Of a DNA stretch of 64,000 nucleotides, positions 12,601-24,600 are shown one piece after another. The stretch spans positions 48,858,001 through 48,922,000 of the forward strand of contig NC_087251.1 in assembly GCF_037042905.1 (NCBI RefSeq). Direction: 5' to 3'. The position numbers and the translations under genes are program-made. The stretch is from Lytechinus pictus (taxonomy: Eukaryota). The first letter of the stretch is position 1; every line of letters starts with the position of its first letter. The notes under the pieces are model-generated. The model was given only the letters and a program-made list of their open reading frames with translations. It searched no databases and was not told the origin of the DNA.

Positions 12601-15600
12601 ATCAAATAGAGCAATGTTGTACATAGCAATGTTTTCCCAGCTTTTTGCCAGGAGCCCCGCTTTTAGCAGGGAAGTAAATCCTTGCCATTTGATAGACTTT
12701 CTCATAAAACAAATAATACATACTATTTTACTCAGGCAATAGTATCATACTCATTACCTTCCACACAGTTCAAATGGCACTGGTTCTAATTCTCACTAAT
12801 GCCCTTTCCGATGTTTGTTATTTGTGTACCAATACTCTTCATATTAGCATGGAATTCTTGATCCAACCCACCCCCCTTGAAAAAATTAACAAATTTAAGC
12901 CACTCTATAACCCTAAAAGGACTGGGCTATTTGAGATGTATTGAGGACTGAGGGGGTTCCCCTTCTGATCTCGGCCGTTCGCGCGATCGCGCCGAAATTT
13001 GACAAACACATTCTTTACCATATAAAATACAAGCTAGTGTAAAAAAAAATTCTGAAAATGATTATTTTTTATTTATTATGAATAAAATATGCAAATTTAG
13101 TCATGAAAAACATTATTTGCATGTTTAACACCCTATTTCACTTCAAATTTTCTTCTTTTTTTGCAGATGTCATCTTTGTAAACTAATTAAGAGGATTTTC
13201 ACAAAGAAAAATTGCAAAAGCCAATTTTTCCTTATTCATTCTTAATTTTTAGAATTTATGTATTTATTTGTTTTTTCATCTTTTGTTCTTCATTGTTTTT
13301 TTCAATGGAAATTATTACAGACCATTTTACAACTAAATTAAACCCTGAATCAATTAGGCACACCAATTAGAACGAAAAATAATCGCCCTTTTATGAATTT
13401 CATCTCCCATAGACTTTGTACACAAAGTATAAAAATGAGCCATTTTCGGCATGACATTGCCTCGTAAAAAGTCACGTGACGTCGCGATGGTATACCTGCA
13501 TGTCGCGAATTTGGTCTCAAAAATTGCGCGTCCTAAAATTTTGCGCGCTATCTCTTAGGGTTAACCTATATGAATAATCTACCATAAGCATGGTTCAGAT
13601 TTATTAAGGCAGAACTGGATTGATGTGTGGCCAAAATAATAACCTTATTTAGCAGACAAACAACAAAACACTGTTTCATACTGCATATTGTTTACATAGT
13701 AAAGGCCACTTCTAAAATTCATTTTGTTACCTTCAGTGTGCATTAATGGAAACTTAGCAAGGAAAACATACTGTAAACTTGACAAATTGTTTGACTGTGT
13801 ATGGAACAGCAGTTTTTTTTTTATCATAAAATTGTGTGCTTTTCCTTGCAATCAAGTCATCTGAAAATAGTATATACATGTAAAGAGTTTGGATATAACG
13901 AGGGGTGAAGTTCACTTTTAATTTCAAAATTTGGGAACTGACCTCGAAATCTAGCAACTTCTCTGTTGTTTCTCCAGGTCCTTCTGACAACTTTCGAGTT
14001 TGCTTCACCTCCCGATTCTTTTCAGGTTTCTTTGGTTTGTGTGTTATCACCAGATCATGATCCGGAGGCAGAGATACAGCAGATACATCAAACTAAAAAA
14101 GAAAGGAAAATTGGTCACAGTATATCCGAGTATATTTTTCTGTTGTTTTTATCAAATCATCATCATCCATGATCATGATCATTATCATCATCATCATCAT
14201 CATCAAAGGTGCTAAGACAAAAGGCATACAAGCAATTTGAAATTGTGTGTGATATATTAAACGTGTAGAGACCCTGTACACTGTACAATATGCGAGGGTT
14301 TCTATGCCTAAAGCTAAGCAATAGACGGTAGGGACTTTATGTTGTGCAAACAAAGGGCCCGTTTCTTGATATGAGAAGGTAGTGAATTAGTGATGACATC
14401 ATAAGACAAATTTCCGGCCTTGCTCACAAAGTTAATGGAATTTAAGATTCTTGAAAATAAGTCCAATTTGTAAAAGAAAAAAAATAATTCCATATATTTA
14501 TATTGTTGACCCATTTTATAAAACAAATGATGCATAGGTTCAGGTTTGTGACTGTAAGTGGCAATGCAGCATCTTGTAAAAATGCAACAAGTATACCTTT
14601 GAGTACATCCATCACCAGTAACACACACACACCTGTGAATTATTTGTGTATTTATTGTGCATGATAAAATATTCACTACTTAAATAATAAGCATTTCTGA
14701 ATAATTAATCAATACTTGTATATATTACTTACAGAAAGATCCATAATATGGCACCCATGGGCCTTCCTGGAATGTCTGCTTGACTTCTGGGGTGTACTGG
14801 TTGCCCTGACAGTCTCACCAGGACCCACAATACTGGCTTCTATTGCAGATGTCTGTTAGGATCAAGTGAAATAATAATAATAATAATATTAATAATAATA
14901 ATCATGATAATAATAATGATAATAATAATAATAATAATAACATTAATTATATTAATAATAAAAATACTAAAAATAATAATATTGATAATGATAATAATAA
15001 TAATAACAATAATAATAATAATAATAAGTAGTAGTGTGAAGTTCCTAGTTGCACTTGAAATTACTTGGTGCTTTTTGTTAGAGCAAAGTTATTCAAGAAA
15101 AAATACGGACTTGATCCTGTTTAGAGGAATAATAATAATAATTGGCTTTTATACAGCACGATATCAATCTATGACTGCTCAAAGTGCTTCACAATTATTA
15201 TTACCCAGTCACTGGATTCATAGCATTTTTAGCAGCCTCTTAGGCACACACTTGCCAAATCAACAATGACAATTTTTTCCCCTACCAGTACCCAATTACC
15301 ACCTGGATGAGAGTGGCAAAGTGTGGATAAACGCCTTGCAAAAGGACGTTAGGCCATGGTGGGATTCCAACACATGACCCTCTGATTACAAGGCAAGAGT
15401 CAGAATCGCTACACCACAGCGATTCCATAATGAGAACATATTCCAGTGACTTAAAACAATTGTCAAATTGCTTAGGTCATATCTTGTTTGTTTTTTTAAT
15501 TCAAACATGAAATGTCTTGTCTCAGTCTATTACTTTTGGGGGGTTGGTTGTTTCTAATTATTTAATTTTCATAAAAACATATATAAAATGTATAACACAT

Positions 15601-18600
15601 ATGACAATTACATTATATGCCAAACAAATAAAATTAAAGAAAGAACGAAATGAGAGAACTTAAGGCCTTTAAGGTTATGTGGGTACAAGTTCCCCCAATC
15701 AAAAACCTGATCACTTGATGACTAGGGCCGAGTCATGTACAAGAAATAGCAAAAATAAATGAATATCATTCATTCTATTAAGTTTTGAGCTTCTCACAGA
15801 GACTGGCTTTGACTTAGATTTAGGGATTAGTAGGTCAAGTCCCATGGAAGGAAAAAAAAGGATATACAATGAAACTTCGGTATAGATTGTAATGGTTTTA
15901 GATTTACAATTAGTCTACTCATGTTTCTAAAATATGGAACCATCAAGGCATGGGGATAAAATAAGTAAACATGTAAAGCATACTGCATACACAAATTTTG
16001 ATGATTTTGATTTCCTATAATTTCAGGGGAGATAGGAACCATAATCATGTAAAGGTGTTTATGTGAATAAGCTTTTTTAATGTGACCATCCCATAGACAT
16101 TATATCATAGATCCATGGGAAATATTTGCTTAAAATATTTTATTAGGGGTAGTCACATAAACAAGTGGAATGCCTCTGGCAGTCTCGCCTGCATTACGCA
16201 ATTTAATATAGCAGCAGTGCTAACTTTGAAAACTACTATAAAATAATAATTCACAAAAACATCATTCATATAATGACATAATACCACGTTCATTGACCAT
16301 AAATGACATTTGAACGGAGACTTAAGACTGTCAACTACACCCATGTCCACATTTCATTCACTCTATCCTTAAACTTTCAAAGTTATGATGGCACTTCAAC
16401 AATTACCCCAACATGGCCTTAGTTTATTGACCTTAACTGACCTTTGACTTGGTTTTATGACCTGAAACTCACAGGGGATGTTCGGTGATGCTTGATTACT
16501 CTTATATCCCAAGTTTTATGAACTAGATCCATAAACTTTCACAGTTAGGATGGTAATTCAACAAATACCCCCAACACGGCCAAAGTTCATTGACCTTTAG
16601 TGACCTTTGACCATGGTCATGTGACCTGAAACTCGTACAGGATGTTCAGTGATACTTGATTACTCTTATGTCCAAGTTTTATGAACTAGATCCATAAACT
16701 TTCAGAGCTAGGATGGTAATTTAACATATACCCCCAACACGGCCAAAGTTCATTGACCTTAAATGACCATTGACCATGGTCATGTGACCTGAAACTCAGG
16801 CAGGATGTTCACTAATACTTGATTAACCTTATGTCCAAGTTTCATGGACTAGATCCATAAATTTTCAAAGTTATGATAGTAATTCAACAAATACCCCCAA
16901 CTTGACCAAAGTTCATTGACCCTAAATGACCTTTGACCTTGGTCACGTGACCTGCAACTCGACCAGGATGTTCACTAATACTTGATTAACCTTATGCCCA
17001 AGTTTCATGAACTAGGTCCATATACTTTCTAAGTTATGATGTCATTTCAAAAACTTAACCTTCGGTTAAGATTTTGAAAATAATTTTCCCAACATGGTCT
17101 AAGTTCATTGACCCTAAATGACCTTTGACCTTGGTCATGTGACCTGAAACTCAGGCAGGATGTTCAGTAATACTTGATCAACCTTATGTCCAAGTTTCAT
17201 GAACTAGGTCCATATACTTTCTAAGTTATGTTGTCATTTCAAAAACTTAACCTTAGGTTAAGATTTGATGTTGACGCCGCCGCCGTCGGAAAAGCGGCGC
17301 CTATAGTCTCGCTCTGCTATGCAGGCGAGACAAAAAGCACTATAACAAATGGATAGGTGCAAACTCAAGTAGATGTCATAGGCCCATATTCCAAAGTCTG
17401 CACGTGCAACCAGAAAAACGTGTACATCATGTTGCAAAATTCCCGGGAATTTTCGTGGTGGAAACTTTCCATGGGAATAAACAGGAATTTAATCGCTAGA
17501 GGGTATTCATTTGTCTCGCAATCTACTATGGTCAACAAGGAAATTCGTGATCACTCTCGCAAAAAGTGTTCACTGGCTTTCTAGGAAAATCGTGATCACT
17601 CTCGCAAAAAGTGTTCACTAGCTTACAAGTTCACGAGCTTTCGAGTGCCGCTGCAACTCTTTATCAAGTGACGAAAATTATCTGATGACGTATTCTATTT
17701 ATACTAATCTCCGGGACCGTACGCACGAACGCGAGAACAATAGGTGGGCATTGATCCGTTGCGTCGGATGCGGTACGGCCGGTAATCCGTGTATGCAAAT
17801 AAGCCGGGGGTATATGCAAATACGCCGTGGGTCGGCAATATGCAAATTAGACAAAATTGGCGGGCTTGCTAGTTTCCCGTGGGCGGGGGCTGACTAGCTG
17901 AGCGGTCCCTCGTTCGGGGCCGGGAACGATCGGGTCGGCGTGCACTGCCAGGTAAGGGGGTATTGTGCTGTCGGATGGTTCGCATCCAGAAGTCGGGGAT
18001 GTCGATCCCGCTGTCTCTGTTGAAGTTGTTAGGACAAAGACGTATACTAATAGCCTCCTTAATCCTGCGTGTATACCAATGTCTCTCTTTGGCAATGCAT
18101 TGTACACCCTCCCAATCTGGATGGTGTTGCTTCTCCCAAGCATGTTCTGCCACCGCGGATGTGTCGGTTCGCTGTAACCGAACATCGCGCTTGTGTTCAG
18201 AAATGCGTTCAACTATCGGTCGGGCTGTTTCTCCGATGTAAGACCCGTCACATCCCTGGCAAGGAATGTTGTATACTACGCCATCACGTCTGTGATCAGA
18301 CGTGATCATCGAGACAGATCACCTCCACCGAGGAGCAACTGCTTAAGAAAGGCCTCGCCTTTGCCGTGTCGCCCCCGAAATTGCCCATTACCGAGATTGT
18401 AGCTAAGGTTGAAACCGCGGTCAAGTATATTGATCCAGTTTCGGCCGATGCCGCACGAAAAGATGTAGATTCCATTCTACAGAGAGCACGTCCTCCGAAA
18501 CCGAATACCACAAGAGAGATGCGTGATGCTCTTAAGACACTCAAGAATGATGATAGCATTACAATCCTCCCTGCGGATAAGGGTAGTGCCACAATCATTT

Positions 18601-21600
18601 TAGATAGTACCGCCTACGAAGACAAAATGACCGAGCTTCTGAGCTCTGGTCCGTATAAAATGCTAAAGAAAGACCCCACAGATCGAATGTGTCGCAAACT
18701 GACCAGTACGTTACTGGCACTAAAGAAAGACAAAGTTCTAGATGAGGCTACATACAAAAAGATAAAGCCCACACAGAAACAGCCACCTAGAATATACGGG
18801 TTGCCCAAAATACACAAACCCGGGATACCCCTCAGACCAATAGTATCATGCATAGGTTCATTTGCCTATAACCTATCAAAGTACCTGGCGGACATCCTGT
18901 CCCCTCTCACTAACTGCTCAGAACACACGGTTTCCAACTCCAGTGAATTCGCTGAATTCACATCGGAGCAGACAGTTAACGAACAGGAATCCATGATCTC
19001 TTTTGATGTAGTCTCCCTCTTCACTAACGTACCGATAGAGGGCGCATGCAGTACGGCCCTGCAACGCATGCAATCCGATCCCACATTATCAGAACGTACC
19101 ACACTTATGCCCGAACAAATAGCCGAACTCCTGGAGTTCGTCCTCAGATCCACATATTTTCTGTACAGAGGCTCTTTCTATGAGCAAACAGAAGGAGCAG
19201 CAATGGGTAGCCCAGTCTCAGCGGTTGTGGCTAACCTATATATGGAAGGTTTTGAACAGAACGCTTTGCCCAAGTGTCCTTCCACATGCCACCCTCGGGT
19301 GTGGAAGAGATACGTCGATGACACTTTCATAATCGTAAATAGATCCGAAACAGACAGCCTACTCTCATACATGAATAGCCAGCAACCGTCCATCCAGTTC
19401 ACTCTGGAGACTGAGCAAGGAGGGAAATTAGCATTCCTTGACACACTAGTCCAAAGACACGAGGGCGGGAAACTTTCCACCTCTGTCTACCGCAAGCCCA
19501 CTCATACAGACCAATACATACCATATGATTCTCATCACGACAAATCGGTCAAGAAGGGTCTCGTTAAATGCCTGTTCGACAGAGCAGCACGTATCATAAC
19601 TCACCCACCTGAACTCCCGAAAGAAAGAGCACACATACGTGGCGCCTTGTACAGCAACGGCTACCCACGCCGTTTTATCAAGAACACTTTCAAGAAAAAA
19701 CAACCACCAAGGGATCAGAAGGTTTTCAAGACTTGCACAGTCTTGCCATACATAGATGGCCTCTCACAACAACTTAAACGCCGATTAGAAGGTCACGGTA
19801 TCCGAACGGTTTTCCGCTCGGACACCACCTTACACAAACAGCTTGTACACCCCAAAGACCCTATCCCTGATCACAGACGTGATGGCGTAGTATACAACAT
19901 TCCTTGCCAGGGATGTGACGGGTCTTACATCGGAGAAACAGCCCGACCGATAGTTGAACGCATTTCTGAACACAAGCGCGATGTTCGGTTACAGCGAACC
20001 GACACATCCGCGGTGGCAGAACATGCTTGGGAGAAGCAACACCATCCAGATTGGGAGGGTGTACAATGCATTGCCAAAGAGAGACATTGGTATACACGCA
20101 GGATTAAGGAGGCTATTAGTATACGTCTTTGTCCTAACAACTTCAACAGAGACAGCGGGATCGACATCCCCGACTTCTGGATGCGAACCATCCGACAGCA
20201 CAATACCCCCTTACCTGGCAGTGCACGCCGACCCGATCGTTCCCGGCCCCGAACGAGGGACCGCTCAGCTAGTCAGCCCCCGCCCACGGGAAACTAGCAA
20301 GCCCGCCAATTTTGTCTAATTTGCATATTGCCGACCCACGGCGTATTTGCATATACCCCCGGCTTATTTGCATACACGGATTACCGGCCGTACCGCATCC
20401 GACGCAACGGATCAATGCCCACCTATTGTTCTCGCGTTCGTGCGTACGGTCCCGGAGATTAGTATAAATAGAATACGTCATCAGATAATTTTCGTCACTT
20501 GATAAAGAGTTGCAGCGGCACTCGAAAGCTCGTGAACTTGTAAGCTAGTGAACACTTTTTGCGAGAGTGATCACGATTTTCCTAGAAAGCCAGTGAACAC
20601 TTTTTGCGAGAGTGATCACGAATTTCCTTGTTGACCATAGTAGATTGCGAGACAAATGAATACCCTCTAGCGATTATTTCAATCCGCAATAATGAACCTA
20701 TTTAGTATTAAACAGGAATTTATCAAGAATTTTGGGAATTTTAAAGAAATGTTGGGAATTTTCAAAAAGTAGTAATTTTCTGATATTTATATACAGGAAT
20801 TGAAAGGGTTACCCTGGCAGATGATGCTTGATGGTGCTTTGTCAGCAAGTTTCAAGCCAAATATTATGCTAAGACAGTCAGACAAGGCAGAATTTCAATG
20901 AATTTCATGTAAAAGTTGATTTACTGTATTAGTGGCTGAATGGTATGTGCAATGGCAGTACATGTACACTGCAAATGCTTTAGACAAGGGATATACATTG
21001 TTCATGGAATGATGCCTATTGGATATTCTGATCTTTTTGCAGATGAGAATCATTGTTAATAATAATTATAACATTGTTGTTAGCATTATTATTATTTTAT
21101 TATCATTACTTTATTTCTCATTTATTTTTGCATAGCAGAAGTGGGAACTTGGTGCTGTTTGTTCCTTTAATTTGATGAGTATAAATACAGATCGCTGATT
21201 CAAGCTTTAAGTTTAATATTTCAGTTCAGTTAAATAGAAATAAACATTTTATTCATTATTTTTAAAATACTAGATCAAATTAAATGAAACTGATATGAGA
21301 TTGTCATTTAAAATCACAAAAGATATGAAATTGATAACAAGTTTCTCAATATCAATGAAGGTCAAAGGTCATTTGAGGTCAACAAATTTAGTGCATGTTT
21401 TTTTCTCCCTTTGTGAAAAATTATTAATCTTGATTGTTTCAAGGTCAGCCATCATATTGTTATCCCCCCCCCCATTTTTGAGGGGTGGAGGGAGGGGGGG
21501 AGTATCTCAAAAATAAATTAGCAATTTAACATTTTTCGTTCCTGGACCTGATTTTTCCCATTTAAAGACTTAAGCCAGTGCCGTAGCTGCTGGTGGGATT

Positions 21601-24600
21601 AGTCTGCTGTGCAAACCTAGTCTGCAGGCACAGACCCTGATTGAAACTTTGATCAACAAGTGGGTCTCCATGCGAAGACTAGCACATACAATGTAAAATT
21701 TTGCTGTTTCCTGAGTGAGAGGGCCTTCAGTACACAAGGCATGAGTAGGCTGCACATTCAGACCCTTACCTTGAGTGAAGACTTTGCACAGCAGACTAGT
21801 GTAGACCCTTCACTCAAGGAAAGCTGTCTGAATATGCAGCCTAAGGTTTTTGCCAATGATTTGTGTACAGAAGGTCCTTTTGTTTAACAGAAAGTTGTAT
21901 TCGTGCTAGTCTTGTGTGAAGACCCACTTGTGGATCAAAATTTCAATAAGGGTCTGTGCATGCAGACTACATGTAGAAGGCAATGTTCTCTTCACGTGTT
22001 ATTATGTAATGGCAGGTTTTCACATAAAAAACCCATATTAAAGAAAAAAGAAAAATAGTGTATTGCAAAGTTTCTTTTTCATGTTGAATTGAAAAGCTTC
22101 ATTTTGTACATATAATGCTCCATCATGTACTATAATGTATTTATGAACACTTTGATGAATATTTTATACCCTGGGCAATTTAAAGAATGAAGAATAGTTT
22201 AAATAAAAATGGAAAGTATAATATTTGAGGATATCAATTTATAACTTTGTATTGAAAAACAGAATATATCACTCTTTATGAAAAACGAAAATTCCCGGCA
22301 GCTGAAAATTCCCGAAACTTCCCATGGAATTTTTCAAAAATTTCCGGAAAGTTTCCAGCCCTTTGCAACCCTAACTTAGACCAAGGTCTAACTCTGTGGT
22401 AAAATTATGGGAAGCCAAAACTACTGCAAATCTGTTAACATTGTTTGTGCTTATGCTAAATTTGCTATTTTCTCATTCTTGAATACTAAAGAAAACAACT
22501 TTTGTAATTATTTCTTGACAGCAATGAGTGTAAAATAAGCAGATAACTTGAACTTGTACTGTTATAGATTCATGTCATTTGTGTCAGCCTTTAAATCAAA
22601 CCAGAATTCAAACTAGAGCTATCACTGAAAACGATTAATACCCCTACCCTAGGCCATTACCATGGCAACAATATCCAACACATTAAAAAAAAAACCATCT
22701 TGCCCATCTTTACCCCAAGACCTATGCGTGAGCAAAATATCATGAGAATTGGTTAAATACTGATGAAGTATTTCGAGCTGGAAGATTTTTGCCTATTTTC
22801 TGACATATAATATATTGTTACCATGGCAACATGATATCTAAATCATGCAAAAATATGTCCTGCACATCTTTACCTCAAGACCAATGTGTGAGCCACATTG
22901 CATGAGAAATAGGTTGAAATCTTATCTAGTAATTCGAACCGAAAGATTTTTATCTAATTTGGGGCATATAATGTTTTTACAATGGCAACACAATTTCCGA
23001 CAAACACAATATATGTGTTTTGCACATCTTTATCTTATAACCAATGCCTGAGCCAAATTTCATGAGAATTGGTTGAAAATTGTTGAATTAAAACTGCAAG
23101 TGTTTTACCCAATTTTGGTGACTACCTCATAACCTATGTGTGAGCCAAATTTCATGAGACTTGGTTGAAAATTGATAAAGTAATTAAAACTGCAAGTTTT
23201 TACCCAATTTTGGCAAAATACTATGTCGTTACCATGGCAACATGATTTCTGACACACAGAAAAATATATTTTACACATCTTTACATCAATACCAATGTGT
23301 GTAACAAATTTCTTGATAATTGTTTTAAAAACTGAGGGAGAAGTTAGAACTGCAATATTTTTGCCAAAATATACCTTTACCATGGCAACAAAATATCTGA
23401 CACATGCGAAAAAATGTGTCTTGCACATCTTTACCCCAACACCAACATGTGTTCCAAGTTTCATGAGAATTGGTTAAAAACTGAGGAAGTAGTTTGATGC
23501 GCAAGATTTGCAACGGACCGCCCACCCAACTGTACACTGATTCCTATAATTATACTCCCTTCAAACTTCTTTTGGGGGGTATAAATATGGGCCATAGTAG
23601 TCAATTACCTTTTTCAGAATGCTATTAGAAGCAGAACGATGAGGAAGGGATACATTAAAAGGAGTGCTCGTGTCGGCATCTTCCAGGTCTATCATTTCTT
23701 GATTGAATTTCAGCTGGAATGAAACTTGCTTCTTTCCATCCTGATGAAAAAAGAAAATGATGTGACATGGTAATCAATTCAATTCAATTTTCAAGACCAA
23801 AATAGCTCCATATTTCACCCTAAACTTCCTGGGTATTCTATTCGGACTAAAAGTGATCTTAGTATTGACCATACAGTCATGTTTTTGAGCAATTTGGGTC
23901 TGAAATTGACTTTATGATGTTGAGTAATTTTGTAACCATGTACCCAGGTGTAGCAAATTTGGTATAAGAAGTTGTGCGAGACCTTAAAGTAAAAAATCAA
24001 TCAGCGGCGCAGTAAAAAAAAATTGCGCAAAAGCTTTGTTGCGAAAAATGTTGAGGTGGGCCATTGTGCCCCCCCCCCCCTCCCCCGAGTATAAGGGTTA
24101 AAAAGAGAAAGGAAGAGGTGATAACAAATACATCACTTGAAAAAGAATGACGGAGACCATGGAGACCAATGCTCTCTTTTCATAAAAAAAAACCCAAAAC
24201 ATCTATGTATGCACCCCCCCAAAAAAAACAAGTGGAATGCCTCTGGCAGTCTCGCCTGCATTACGCGATTCAATATAACAGTGCTGACTGTAAAAACAAT
24301 TATTGAATAATTATTCACAAAAACACCATTCATATGATAATAATTTATACTATGTTCATTGACCCTAAATGACCTTGATCATGCAACCCGAATCTCATGC
24401 AAGATGTTCAATGATACTTGATTACTCTTATGTCTTAAGTTTCATGAACTAGATCCCTAACCTTTCAAATATTATGATGGCAATTCAACAAATACCCCCA
24501 ACATGGCCAAAGTTTGTTGACCCTAAATAACCTTTGACCTTGGTCATATGACCTGAAGCACGCATAGGATGTTCAGTGATACTTGATTATTCTTATGTCT

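Larger units (their letters stand above)
17490..20708 (+). mobile_element. Penelope-like retroelement (RT + GIY-YIG), 5'-truncated, with inverted 5' pLTR arm
   Basis: 17490-18299 is the reverse complement of 19867-20676 (810 bp). TSD TAAACAGGAATTTA at 17478-17491 and 20709-20722. A ~32-nt 3' extension ends in ATGAACCTATTTAGTAT. Confidence 0.95.
17427..22373. mobile_element. Old hAT-like element, host of the nested Penelope and a MITE
   Basis: Left end GTTGCAAAATTCCCGGGAATTTT, right end GAAAGTTTCCAGCCCTTTGCAACCCTA, with shared GGAAAC/AATTCCC subterminal motifs; the sequence resumes after the Penelope TSD. Confidence 0.45.

Noticed and set aside
14597..14632. Candidate 36-nt micro-exon on the minus strand
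   Set aside because: Contains TGA in the required phase 0; the flanking exons join without it.
14904..15269. Ile-rich 121-aa ORF
   Set aside because: Translation of an (AAT)n microsatellite plus a SINE tail.
15330..15422. tRNA gene
   Set aside because: Degenerate B box, no complete cloverleaf, and attached to a SINE body and tail.
16400..17260. CRISPR-like regularly spaced repeats
   Set aside because: The intervening sequence is also repeated; these are HINE core tandem repeats in eukaryotic DNA, with no cas genes.
17869..18309. 146-aa GIY-YIG ORF as a stand-alone nuclease gene
   Set aside because: It is the inverted copy of the Penelope 3' end, with no start of its own.
20813..20868. Candidate extra exon on the minus strand
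   Set aside because: Stop codon in the required phase; lies within an old transposon remnant.
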